Source: an uncultured Phycisphaerales bacterium
Lineage (GTDB): Bacteria; Planctomycetota; Phycisphaerae; Tepidisphaerales; Tepidisphaeraceae
Assembly (NCBI GenBank): GCA_963758525.1
Contig: CAVWVQ010000003.1
Span: 960,001-1,024,000 of the forward strand
Direction of reading: 5' to 3'
Length of the DNA: 64,000 nt
Shown here: positions 31,821 to 42,331 of the stretch, in pieces
How the letters are laid out: each line of letters begins with the position of its first letter
How positions within the stretch are numbered: the first letter of the stretch is position 1
Notes under the pieces: model-generated
What the model was told of the DNA's origin: nothing
Databases searched by the model: none
What the model saw: the letters and a program-made list of their open reading frames with translations, nothing else
Made by a program: the position numbers and the translations under genes

Positions 31821-33128
31821 ATGCTCTGGATGCTTGCCCAAGTCCCGGGGTCTTTCCCGTCCAACGACGACGTGCTGTCCAACTACATGGACGTGTTCTA
31901 CGCCGCGTTCGTGGTTTCTTTCATTTTCACGCCGATCATGCGGACGGTGGCGATTTACTACAACATCATCGATCAGCCCGACCGCGTGCGCAAGCTCCAC
32001 TCCCAGCCGGTGGCGTATCTTGGCGGATTGGCGGTGTTTCTCGGCTGGCTGACGGGCGTTACCGTCAGCCAGTATCTCACGCTCCATCGCGTCGATCCGG
32101 GCTGGCCGACAGTTCATCCGAAAGTGCATTTCAGCATCGTTCTGGGGGCGCTGATCATCGTCACGCTCGGGCTCTGGGACGACGTGCTGAAAGTGCGGCC
32201 GAAGATCAAAATACTGGGGCAGGTCGCGGCGGCGCTTTGCCTGCTGGGGGACGGTGTTGGCGCACGCTGTGGCAGCGCGCTGGTACAGCCGATCGTTCAG
32301 CGGGTGGCTTATTGGATCAGCGGAACGCAGCCGATTGTTCCCGCCTGGATTCTGACGGTCTGCAGCGCCGCGCTGGTGATCGGAGTGATCGTCGGATGCT
32401 GCAACGCATCCAATCTGATGGATGGGCTGGATGGCTTGTGCGGCGGGGTCACCGCCATCATCGCGGCGGGCTTTCTGTTCCTGGCCGTTCATCTGGCGAC
32501 GGTGGGCGGCCTGGTCGATACGAACTGGGACGCGTTGCGGATCATCCTGGGGCTGGCGCTCCTGGGCGCAGTGCTGGGGTTTGTCCCCTACAACTTCAAC
32601 CCCGCCTCAATTTTCATGGGGGACACCGGCAGCATGTTCCTCGGATTTGCCTGTGGGACCATGATTATCCTCATGGCCCAGGAACGGGCAAAGTGGTTCC
32701 TTGCCTCCATGGTGATGTTCGCGTTGCCGGTTCTGGACACGGCGCTGGCGTTCACCCGCCGATGGATCAACGAGCGCCCCCTCTTCAGCGCCGATCGGAA
32801 ACATTTTCACCATCAACTTGTCGCTCGCGGATTCACCATAAAGCAAACGGTGCTGATTAGTTACGGTCTTGCCATCTTCTTCGGAGTGCTGGGCGTGGCG
32901 ATGGTTTTTCTCAGAACCCGCTACACTCTGGCTATCTATTTGGTAGTCTTCGGGTCAATCATCGTGGCCGCGTACAAGATGGGGATGGTGCATGAGAACG
33001 GAGTCCCGCACCCCCCTTCCACGCTAGGCGATGTTGCTGCTGGTGCGTTCTCCCAGGCAGTTGACTCGGACATGGTTTTGAATGTGACGCTACCCGCCGC
33101 GGGCGGTGCCCCTTCTGTTGGGCGCTGA
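31821..33128 (+). CDS. MraY-family undecaprenyl-phosphate sugar-1-phosphate transferase (WecA/TagO-like)
   Basis: RKLH.QPVAYLGG, GLWDD, NASNLMDGLDGL, NFNPASIFMGDTGS, DRKHFHH. Confidence 0.92.
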   Translation: MLWMLAQVPGSFPSNDDVLSNYMDVFYAAFVVSFIFTPIMRTVAIYYNIIDQPDRVRKLHSQPVAYLGGLAVFLGWLTGVTVSQYLTLHRVDPGWPTVHPKVHFSIVLGALIIVTLGLWDDVLKVRPKIKILGQVAAALCLLGDGVGARCGSALVQPIVQRVAYWISGTQPIVPAWILTVCSAALVIGVIVGCCNASNLMDGLDGLCGGVTAIIAAGFLFLAVHLATVGGLVDTNWDALRIILGLALLGAVLGFVPYNFNPASIFMGDTGSMFLGFACGTMIILMAQERAKWFLASMVMFALPVLDTALAFTRRWINERPLFSADRKHFHHQLVARGFTIKQTVLISYGLAIFFGVLGVAMVFLRTRYTLAIYLVVFGSIIVAAYKMGMVHENGVPHPPSTLGDVAAGAFSQAVDSDMVLNVTLPAAGGAPSVGR

Positions 33129-33276
33129 CAATCCCCGGTGCGTCAAAACGTCGCTTTGCCCAGTTCCGACGAGGCAACTATATTGCGTGTCTGCCAAAAT
33201 CCGACCGCACGGCGCAAAAGGTACGACCGCCAGACTCCGAAATAGAAGCAGTAGTTCTTACTGATAAGGTGAATTC

Positions 33277-34629
33277 ATGGATGTAACGGTTATTGGATGC
33301 GGCTACGTTGGTCTTGTTACTGGCACCTGTCTGGCCAGCATCGGGCACTCGGTTCGCGGTGTGGAGAAGGATGTCAGGAAGCTCAAGACTCTGCAGGACG
33401 GCCACTGCCCCATCTTTGAGCCGGGGTTGCAGGAATTGATGCAGGAGCATTACGCCTCGGGACAGCTTCAATTCACCGACAATGTGAGGGCTGCGGTCAA
33501 GGAGGCGGAGGTGGTTTTCCTCTGCGTCGGGACGCCTCCCAAGCCCGACGGCACCGTCGACATGAGCTACCTCGAAGGCGCGGGCAAGGAAGTCTGCGAC
33601 GCTCTGGCCGAGCAGAACAAAGACTACATGGTGACCATCATCGTGAAGTCGACGGTTCCTGCCGGCACCAACCGCAATCTCTACAACTTCCTCAAGCAGC
33701 AAACCCGGGCGCACGTGCAGGTCGTTTCCAATCCGGAATTCCTCAAGGAAGGCACGGCAGTCAATGACTGCCTGAACCCCGATCGCATCGTCATCGGCGG
33801 CGAGTCGCCCGAGGCGTTTCGCCAGATGCGCCGCTTGTATGATCCGCTGGTGAAGCGCGAGGAAAACTTCCTGACCATGAGCTGGGAATCGGCCGAGCTG
33901 ACGAAGTACGCCGCCAACAGCATGCTCGCGGCGCGCATTTCGTTCATGAACGAGATGACGATTCTTTGCGAGCACTACGGCGCGGACATCGAGGAAATTC
34001 GCAAGGGGATCGGGTCAGACAGCCGCATCGGGCCGGCTTTCCTCCGCGCCGGGTGCGGCTACGGCGGCTCCTGCTTCCCCAAAGACGTCGCCGCAATGGA
34101 GCACATTTCGCGCATCGCCGGCCACGAAAGCCTTTTCGTCCACGCGGTGCAGACCGTCAATAAGAATCAGAAGAAGCGTTTCGCCGACAAGATTGAGTTG
34201 AAGCTGGGCCGGCCGATCGAAGGCGCGCGCATCGCCGTCTGGGGCCTGGCATTCAAAGCCGACACCGACGACATCCGTGAGTCGGCCGCGTTGGACGTCA
34301 TCCGCTATCTGCTCGACAAGGGCGCCCATGTCGTCGCGACCGATCCCAAGGCGATGGAGCACATGAAGCTGATTTTCAAGGACGAGGTGGAATGGTCGCC
34401 CGATCCCGTGCATGCCGCCGTCGGCGCCGACGCGGTCGCGCTGCTGACCGATTGGGCGCAGTACACGACGCTCCCCTTCCGAAAGATCGCCGCGACGATG
34501 AATCAGCCGATCATCTTCGATGGCCGCAACTGCCTGCACCGCGATGTCATGCGGGAGACGGGGTTCCAGTATTACCCGATGGGTCGGCCGGCGGTTGAGA
34601 ACACGCTGCGTTTGAAGCAGAAGGTGTAA
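33277..34629 (+). CDS. ugd: UDP-glucose 6-dehydrogenase
   Basis: GCGYVGL, CVGTP, KSTVPAGT, SNPEFLKEG, AELTKYAAN, GYGGSCFPKD, GLAFKADTDDIRES, FDGRN. Confidence 0.95.
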   Translation: MDVTVIGCGYVGLVTGTCLASIGHSVRGVEKDVRKLKTLQDGHCPIFEPGLQELMQEHYASGQLQFTDNVRAAVKEAEVVFLCVGTPPKPDGTVDMSYLEGAGKEVCDALAEQNKDYMVTIIVKSTVPAGTNRNLYNFLKQQTRAHVQVVSNPEFLKEGTAVNDCLNPDRIVIGGESPEAFRQMRRLYDPLVKREENFLTMSWESAELTKYAANSMLAARISFMNEMTILCEHYGADIEEIRKGIGSDSRIGPAFLRAGCGYGGSCFPKDVAAMEHISRIAGHESLFVHAVQTVNKNQKKRFADKIELKLGRPIEGARIAVWGLAFKADTDDIRESAALDVIRYLLDKGAHVVATDPKAMEHMKLIFKDEVEWSPDPVHAAVGADAVALLTDWAQYTTLPFRKIAATMNQPIIFDGRNCLHRDVMRETGFQYYPMGRPAVENTLRLKQKV

Positions 34630-34660
34630 GCGTAACGAGTTTTGCAGTCTCAAATGCATC

Positions 34661-34686
34661 GGGCCCGGCGCACCCGCGCCGGGCCC
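34661..34686 (+). terminator. GC-rich hairpin after ugd
   Basis: GGGCCCGGCGC-ACCC-GCGCCGGGCCC perfect 11-bp stem; weak U-tract. Confidence 0.5.
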
Positions 34687-34745
34687 TGCTTCGTCTGACG
34701 CTTGACATTCAACGCCCTGCGAATAAAAGATATAGGCATTCCGCT

Positions 34746-34819
<74 letters not shown>

Positions 34820-34952
34820 TTGTGCCAGCAGGACTTACGTGAGGATCGCTATTCCTGACGTAGTAATGCCAGACCTTTCAGCTGATTTCGTCGTCGGCGA
34901 GACGCCGGCACGATTGATTTGTGCGTCGTCGCGGTGATCGCTTCGTCTCTGT

Positions 34953-36209
34953 TCATGTGTTCACCGCGCAGGTCTGCCTGTAGAAATCGACGAACTGAGG
35001 CAGGACCGCCTCAAGGCTGTATCGGTCGGCGATAATCTTTTCGGCGGTCCGTCCCAGGGGACGAAACGCAGCCGGATCTTTCAGCACCTTCACCGCTGCG
35101 GCCGCAAGCCCCTCGATGTCGAAGAAATTTCGCAGCAGGCCGTTCTCCCCGTCCCGGATCATTTCTGAGACGGGAGACGTATCAGAGCCGAGCACCACCG
35201 CGCCGCAGCTTAGCGCGTCCATCATGCTCCACGACAAGACAAACGGCACCGTCAGATAGATGTGCAGATCGGTTGCCGCGAGGAGCTGACTGAGCACGTG
35301 GGGCGCCAACATTCCAACGAACTTGAATTTCGTCAGGTCATATTCATCTCTCGACAACACCCATTCGCGAAAAGAAGCGGCGCCTCCGATGTGATTTTCG
35401 TCGCCGCCGTAGCAGATCCGGTCGCTGCCGACGACGAAGAACAGCACATCGGAATATTCTTTGGAAATGCGCTGTGCGGTTTTCATAAAGATGTCGAAGC
35501 CGCGCATGCTTTCGAAGCCGCGGCCGACATAGGTCACGATCCGGGTGGAAGCCGGCACGGAAACGCCCAGAATTTCGCGCGTCGCACGCGTTGCGGGAGC
35601 CGGCCGAAGTTGCTCATCGTGGCCGTGGTAAATCGCGCGGTCGATGCCGTCAAAAATCACGCGCAGCTTGGAGCGGTACTCGGAGGGAAATCGCGAGAGT
35701 TGAAACTGCGTCGGCGTATATCCAGCGTCGCAATTTTGAAGATCAAGCAAAATCATCGCATTGCGGGCACGAGCCCGATGAAGGTGCGCATCTGGCAGAG
35801 GCCAGCCGAGGTCGCGTCGAAACCCCATATCGCAGTCCCGGCCCGACGTGTGGTAATAAAACTCGAAGAGATTGATGACGGGAACGTTCGGATATAGTTC
35901 GCGCAAAAACAGGCTGCTTCCAAACCCGCTGTGAGCCACAATCAGATCCGGCTTCACATCCGGCCGAATCCTGAGTGACTGATAAACGCCATCGCAATTC
36001 CAGATCGCATTTTCAAACGTGCGCGAGCAAAAGTGATTGCGATTGGTTGCGCCTCCGGCAACGCGATAAACAATGCGCTCCATCCCGCCCGCGTTCCCCC
36101 CGGCGGCCGCCGTTGCGAAGGTGATCTTCCAGCCATGCTCCCCCGCAAGACGCTGGCCGATGTGTCCGAATTGCGCGGGGAAGTTTGGGTGGATGTAGAG
36201 AACGTGCAT
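34953..36209 (-). CDS. Family 4 glycosyltransferase (Glyco_trans_4_3-type N-terminus)
   Basis: HPNFPAQFGH, PDLIVAHSGFG, RGFESMRGF, YLTVPFVLSWSMMDALSCGA, IRDGENGLL. Confidence 0.9.
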   Translation of the reverse strand: MHVLYIHPNFPAQFGHIGQRLAGEHGWKITFATAAAGGNAGGMERIVYRVAGGATNRNHFCSRTFENAIWNCDGVYQSLRIRPDVKPDLIVAHSGFGSSLFLRELYPNVPVINLFEFYYHTSGRDCDMGFRRDLGWPLPDAHLHRARARNAMILLDLQNCDAGYTPTQFQLSRFPSEYRSKLRVIFDGIDRAIYHGHDEQLRPAPATRATREILGVSVPASTRIVTYVGRGFESMRGFDIFMKTAQRISKEYSDVLFFVVGSDRICYGGDENHIGGAASFREWVLSRDEYDLTKFKFVGMLAPHVLSQLLAATDLHIYLTVPFVLSWSMMDALSCGAVVLGSDTSPVSEMIRDGENGLLRNFFDIEGLAAAAVKVLKDPAAFRPLGRTAEKIIADRYSLEAVLPQFVDFYRQTCAVNT

Positions 36210-36226
36210 TGGATCCCTCGGGACTA

Positions 36227-36390
36227 AGAGCCGCGAAGGCGCGAAGCCGCGAAGACAGAAGCGAAGCGGGGGGAGCAAAAATATGTGGCGCCAAGATGGG
36301 CGAGACGCCCGAAAGGAAGTGTTTGCTTATCTATTATCTGCAACATATTCATTCGCTTCAGTCTTCGCTCCTTCGCGTCTTCGCGGCTCT
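36227..36390. repeat. Inverted-repeat element built from 8-nt GCGAAG-core units
   Basis: AGAGCCGCGAAGGCGCGAAGCCGCGAAGACAGAAGCGAA pairs with TTCGCTTCAGTCTTCGCTCCTTCGCGTCTTCGCGGCTCT around an AT-rich spacer. Confidence 0.75.
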
Positions 36391-36703
36391 CTATTTCCGA
36401 ACCTGCGGATACCCGCAATTATTCGCTTGATTTCAATGCGCCCGATCTTATATTCCACCACCTTGCGTGGCGAGGCAATGGGGTCTCGTCGCCGCAGTGC
36501 TTCTCATCTCGCAAATCTTTTCTTCGAATGGGCTGTGTCGGCGCTCAGCGGGGATCGGAGGGTACCATCCAGCAGGTCGGATGGCGTGTGCCTTAGCTGC
36601 CGGCGAGGCCGCGAGAGTCGTTGCGATCCTCCGCTAGGACCTGCTGCACTTACGGGCAGGCTCCGCTCCCGAAAAACAATTGAGACAGGCGAAGGAGAGG
36701 ACT

Positions 36704-36882
36704 ATGCGGAGCACCGAGAAGCGTTCAAGCAAGCGAACGGCACGAAAACGTGCATATTTTCAAATTCAAGCACTCGAGGCCCGACTGATGCTTTCCGTCG
36801 CGGCCCACTCGGCGGTCACTGCGGCGATACGAACTTCACCACCAGCACCTCGGGGACGCTGAGCCAGACGGTGACGTCATAA
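36704..36882 (+). pseudogene. Internally deleted paralog of the downstream leader/Ig-like surface protein
   Basis: GGAGAGG RBS + MRSTEK...QALEARLMLS leader joined out of frame to a 62-bp 3' end (36821-36882) that matches 39325-39386 at 56/62 positions, including the stop. Confidence 0.8.
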
Positions 36883-36985
36883 ACATCGTGGACTGCGGGC
36901 CACGGATTGAACTCAGATCGGTCGGCATGCACGCATTCATGGTCGCACTTGGGAACCACGGATGCATCAGACAGGAGCTCCAGCC

Positions 36986-39386
36986 ATGGGAATTCTATCG
37001 CGATCCTGGCGTCGTCGATTAAAGTTGGCGTCGCCTCAAGAGGCACCCTCTTCCAAGCTCTTCGCCGCGGCACGGCACACGGTCGAGCGGTTGGAGTCGC
37101 GCCTGCTGTTGAGCGCAACAACATGGACGAACGCCGCAGGCGGCGACTTCGACACGATTGGGAACTGGAGCAACGGCGTTCCCGCCGCGGGTGTGCATGC
37201 AGTCATCGATATCGCCGTCAGCGCCTCCGATCACCAAGACGACAACTTCCACCGATACCTTCGCCGGCCTGACGTCCCATGATCCGATGGTCCTTTCGGC
37301 CGGCACGCTGAATGTCACGGGCGCAGTTTCGGAGATTGGCAGCGCGCTGACCCTCAGCGGCGGTGCGCTTCAATACAGCACCCTCCTCTTGAACTCCGAT
37401 ACCGTCAACGGCCCCGGCACCCTCACCAATCCTGCGGGCAGCACGCTCACAATTCAGAATCCGACGATCAATGCCCCGCTGATTAACAATGGCACGCTCG
37501 ATGTGATCGGCGTGAACAACTCCATCAACGGGGGATTGACCACGGCGAAGACTTCCGTGATCAATCTCGCCGACAACGACCTCAACTACCACTCGTATTT
37601 GACCGTCGGAACCAGCTTCACTAACAACGGCGCGATCAACCTCGTGAACAACTCCGCCAACATCCACCTGCCAGCGCTGACGGTCGTTGGCACGCTGACC
37701 AATGCATCGGGAGCCACCATCACCGCCAGCGGCGCCACGGGCAGCACAAGCTCCGCCAGCAGCGCCAAGATCACTGGCGGCCTGGCCAATGCCGGCACGA
37801 TCACCGTCTCCGAGGTGCGGGGGCTGACGGTCAACACCAACGGTTACGGCGGTTCCAATAGCGGAGCGATCAACGTTACCGGCGGACCGCTGACACTGAA
37901 CGAGGACGCCGATGCTTTCACGAACACTGGCTCGATCGCCGTTGCATCCGGCCAGACCCTTGACGTCCACTCCGGGACATTCGATCAGAACGCCGGCTCC
38001 ATCGGCGGCGCTGGATCGATCGTGACTTTCGATTCCGGCACTCTGAACCTCGGAACAAGTCTGAACAACGCATCGGCGTCGCTGGGCATCGACGTTGAAA
38101 CCGTCGACGGCCCCGGCACGCTCACCAACGCAGCGGGAAAGACGCTGACGTTGATCGTGGACACCATCAATGCCCCCTTGGTTAACCAGGGCACACTCGA
38201 AGTAGCTGAGGACGAAAGCTTTATCAACGGCGGATTGACCACCGCGACGTCCTCTGTCATCAACATCGCCGCCAGCAACGCCGACTTTCACACGTCCCCG
38301 GAACTGGCCGTTGGAACCAGCTTCACCAACAACGGCACGATCAACCTGATTGATGACAACACCGACTTCGGTTACCCCGCTCTGACGGTGAACGGCACGT
38401 TGACCAATGCCGCGGCGGCCAGCATCGTCGTTAGCGGGGCTGGCGGCAGTTTCTCGTCTGGGCCGCAGATCACCGGCTCATTGATCAACGCCGGCACCCT
38501 CACGCTCACCGTCGAGCCGGGACTGGTGATCGACGGCAATTTCACTCAGTTAAGCACCGGCGCTGTCAACACCCGGATCACCGGAGGAACCCCAATAGAC
38601 CTCAGGGTTCAAGGCAGCGCCAGCTTTGGCGGATCCCTGGGCATCGTCTTCAGCAATGGCTTTGTTCCCACGGCCGGTGAATCCTTCACGGTCATGAGTT
38701 ATGGTTCCACCACCGGCTCGCTGACCCTGATCAACCCCACCGGATTTGTCCTTACTGGCCAATACAACGCCAGGAGCCTGGACGTCACAGTTCACGCATC
38801 GACCCGGACCGCGTTGACCAAGAGCACGACCGCTCCCAGCACCTTCGGACAACGCGTGACGTTGACGGCCACGCTCGTCCCGATCATCTCTGGCGCGGGA
38901 ACCCCCACCGGATCTGTCATGTTCAAAGATGGATCCACTGTTCTCGGCACCAGCGCCCTCCACAACGGCATCGCCACCTTGACGACCACGGCATTCCCCA
39001 CCGGCAGCAACTCGATCACCGCTGTGTACGGCGGCAACAGCAGGTTCGTTGCCAGCACCTCCAGTTCACTCACGCAGACGGTCACTCCGTCGGCCACGAC
39101 CACCACGTTGACCAAAAATACCACCGGCGCCGTCAAGTTTGGCACGAGCGTGACGTTCACGGCGGCGCTCGCGGCAGTCAGCCCTGGCGCTGGTACGCCG
39201 ACCGGCACGGTTACCTTCATGGACGGATCGACCACGCTGGGAACCGGCACGCTCAGCGGCGGCGGCGCGACGTTCACCACTGCCGCGCTGGCGATAGGCA
39301 GTCATTCGGTCAAGGCCGTCTACAGCGGCGACGCGAACTTCACCACCAGCACGTCGGGGACGCTGAGCCAGACCGTGACCTCGTAA
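36986..39386 (+). CDS. Surface protein with planctomycete leader, passenger-like beta-repeat region and two Ig-like (Big_3-type) domains (apparent frameshift near 37221)
   Basis: ERLESRLLLS leader, W...GNWSNGVP, duplicated ~230-aa TLTN-rich unit, two FG..VT.TA....PTG.V.F.DGST.LGT...A.Y.G.....STS domains; AGGAG RBS. Confidence 0.85.
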
Positions 39387-39395
39387 TGTGAGACC

Positions 39396-40531
39396 TTGAA
39401 GTTACGACTACCTCAAATCATCAGGGCGGAGAATGACATCCTCTTTGACGAAGAGGATCATCAGGTCGTTGATTTGTTTTCTGCCAACGGGACGACCTGG
39501 CTGGGGCATTGCAATCCAGCCGTTACGGCAGCGGTGACCGCGCAATTGCAGCAGGTTTGGATCACCGGCGGTCTGCCTTCGGGGATTTACGCGGAAGCGA
39601 AATCGCTGATAGAAACCTTCTTCCCGTCTTCGCATTCGGTCGCCGGTTTGTATTCAACCGGAATGGAAGCGGCGGAGTTTGCAATTCGCATCGGACGGTC
39701 GACGACAGGGCGGAACGAAATCGTCGGCTTTGAAAGAAGCATGCACGGGAAGTCGATGGCGACAGCCCATCTCGGCTGGGACAACCGCGACGGCCTGAAT
39801 GCGCCGTGGCTGCATCGCCTGCCGTTCATTCACGGTCAAACTGAAGAGCAGGTCTTGCGGCGATTGGAACAAACCCTCGAAGGCGGTTCGGTGGCGGCGG
39901 TGTTCGTGGAGCAAATGCAGGCGACGGGCGGCGGCCATATGGCATCGCGGCGGTTCTATGAGGAGACGATACGGCTCTGCCGTTTGCATGGCGCGCTGAC
40001 GGTGTTCGACGAAATCCTTACCGGGTTCCACCGAACAGGAATGGCGTTTTTGTTCTGCGAGCTTTGTACGATGCCGGACATCGTGCTGATCGGAAAAGCG
40101 ATGGGGAATGGTTTTCCCGTCTCCGGGGTGGTGGTCCGGCGGGACATCGCCATCACCCCAGGGATGCTGCCGGGCAGTACCTTTGCGGGCAATCCCCTGG
40201 CGGCGGCGGCGGTCACAGGGACGCTGAAGCAGATGAAGCGATTAGATCTTCCGGGGATGGTCGCGGCGATCGAGCAAATCATCGTCGAGAATCTGACCGA
40301 AGTGCGGGATCTGGGAATCGCCCTTCGCGGCCAGGGAGCGATGTGGATTATGGAACTCGCTGAGTCAATGGACGCGGAGGCGATCGTTGCGAACATTTAC
40401 CGTCGGGCGCATTTGTCAGTTTTGCCGGGCGATTCATCCGAATCCTTCCCGCGGCAACGATCCGAGCGGACAACCTGGCGAACGCGTGCCGCACGGTGAA
40501 GGAGGAACTGTTGAAAGCTTCGCAAACATGA
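39396..40531 (+). CDS. Class III PLP-dependent aminotransferase (apparent frameshift near 40407)
   Basis: LGHCNP, TGMEA, HGKS, FDEILTGFHRTG, PDIVLIGKAMGNGFP, STFAGNPL; one added G gives a C-terminus FIRILPAAT...ELLKASQT ending in an ATGA overlap. Confidence 0.88.
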
Positions 40532-41673
40532 ATGAGGCAGACGCAAATCCGCCGAAGCTGCTGTTCGTTATATCCAACGACTTCGGGGAACTGTCCGGCG
40601 CGCTCTACTTCACACTGGGGGGAACGTTCGATGTGACGTTGGCGTTGCCGCCTCGTCTCTTTGCCCTGCATGCCGAACATTTGCCGATTGCAGCGTTTCC
40701 GTATCAGACGATTCAGGACGTGCTGGCGCTTGCCGATCGCGATCGGCCTGATGTCGTGCTGCTATTCTCGGGCTATCTATTCGCGGCCAACAACCTATTC
40801 AGCCTCGAAGCATTGCGAATGCTCGTAAGGCAATTCCGCGAAAGGGGCGTTCGCATCGTCACCAGCGATCCCTTTCTGGGGCTGATGGCGTACCCGAACG
40901 CCTCGGTCTTTAGCGATGAGCATCCGAAGAAAGCGCTTCTGCTGGAGCATTTTCGAAGTGTGGCCGAGACGATGCGCGGCATCGTTCATCTGTATCCCGC
41001 CGATGTTCGGACCGCGTTAAGTCATGCCGGCCATTCATTTTTTAACGAACACGTCGTCCTCACGGCCGCGGAACGGGCCGAATTCGAGGCCCGGCTGGGT
41101 CGCCGGTTGTCGCTGCGTCCTGGGAGAAAGCGATGGATGTTTGTGTTGTCTGCCGAGGACTATGGCCTTCAGATCGGGCTTCACGGACGGCAGGCGTTTG
41201 ATGACCTGCTGTTGGGCAAGATACAGGAGACGGCCCGTGCCGGAAGGCAACCGATATTGGTCGCGCCCAAGGTCTGCATAGACTCGGTCGCTCGGGCCGC
41301 CGGGACGGTTGACAGCGCGATCTTTCTCCCTTTCTGCCAATATGACTTGTTCCAAATGCTGGTTCTCGAGGCGGAATACCTTTTCTACTGGAATGTCTTT
41401 TCCTATTCGATTCTGGCACGGGTGGCCAACGGTTTTCCGGTCCTCGTCTTCGATAGCGGACACATCGCGCGCGCCGTGCCGCCGCTGCATCGGCTGGGGC
41501 TGCAAACATACTACCTCAACGCGCCGATCCCATATGTTGAGCCGGCGCGTGAACTGGACGAGCGGGCGCTTGCCGCGCTGGCGGATGCGCAGAAGTGTCC
41601 ATTGGCACAATCGATCGCAGCACTTCGCAAGCTGCCGGCTCCCGCGCAGGTGATTCGGGAGATTCTGATCTGA
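40528..41673 (+). CDS. Hypothetical protein, possibly GT-B-like fold
   Basis: 381-aa ORF translationally coupled on both sides (ATGA, TGATG); N-terminal KLLFVIS strand, DRPDVVLLFSG, GFPVLVF. Confidence 0.75.
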   Translation: MNEADANPPKLLFVISNDFGELSGALYFTLGGTFDVTLALPPRLFALHAEHLPIAAFPYQTIQDVLALADRDRPDVVLLFSGYLFAANNLFSLEALRMLVRQFRERGVRIVTSDPFLGLMAYPNASVFSDEHPKKALLLEHFRSVAETMRGIVHLYPADVRTALSHAGHSFFNEHVVLTAAERAEFEARLGRRLSLRPGRKRWMFVLSAEDYGLQIGLHGRQAFDDLLLGKIQETARAGRQPILVAPKVCIDSVARAAGTVDSAIFLPFCQYDLFQMLVLEAEYLFYWNVFSYSILARVANGFPVLVFDSGHIARAVPPLHRLGLQTYYLNAPIPYVEPARELDERALAALADAQKCPLAQSIAALRKLPAPAQVIREILI

Positions 41674-42260
41674 TGCGTATCAAAATTCAGGTTGGCTCTT
41701 TGGAGCTGCTGCAATTTTCCTTGAAGGATACGCGGGAGTTGTATTGCGTCCGCAACCATGATTCAGTGCGCCGGTACATGTCGAACCCCGAGCCAATCCC
41801 GTACAAGTCGCACGCCCGATGGGTAAAAGCACAACTACTCTGCAACAGGAACTTTCTGCTGTTCCTTGTGCGAACAAGGCCTCAAGAGCGTGCCGTCGGC
41901 CTGACCCAACTGCGGATCGAGGGCGACACCGCCGAGATCGGGGTGATGTTTCGCGAAGCGTTCCGGCACCAGATGGCCGCCTATATCTCGACGGTGGCGA
42001 TGTTGCACCTGGCATTCGAACATTTGCAGCTGCGATGGATTGTCAGCTACGTCATCCCCTCGCATGGTGCGGCGATACGCTTTAACAAGAGCTTCGGCGC
42101 ATGGGAAGAAGAGTCTGATATTCCTGGGATGGTCAAGGTTCGCCTGAGCAAAGATCGATGCATACAAAACGAGAATTTCCGACGAGTTTTCGACCGAGTG
42201 AAGCATCGACTGCACGTAGGTACGGCCGACATCGCGAGTGCGGGCCTGGTACAGGCATAG
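41673..42260 (+). CDS. GNAT N-acetyltransferase (PseH/RimJ-like)
   Basis: VRNHDSVRRYM...I...SHARW, AEIGVMF, AFEHLQL, AAIRFNKSFG. Confidence 0.75.
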   Translation: MRIKIQVGSLELLQFSLKDTRELYCVRNHDSVRRYMSNPEPIPYKSHARWVKAQLLCNRNFLLFLVRTRPQERAVGLTQLRIEGDTAEIGVMFREAFRHQMAAYISTVAMLHLAFEHLQLRWIVSYVIPSHGAAIRFNKSFGAWEEESDIPGMVKVRLSKDRCIQNENFRRVFDRVKHRLHVGTADIASAGLVQA

Positions 42261-42331
42261 ACGAGAATTTTTGATCTGACACAGCGTCCGGGGCGATGCT
42301 GCGTCTACCTGAATCGGTTTGGATACGCCTC

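Noticed and set aside
36540..36670. Possible structured leader RNA upstream of the deleted surface-protein gene
   Set aside because: Only short complementary segments expected by chance at high GC; no riboswitch consensus recognised
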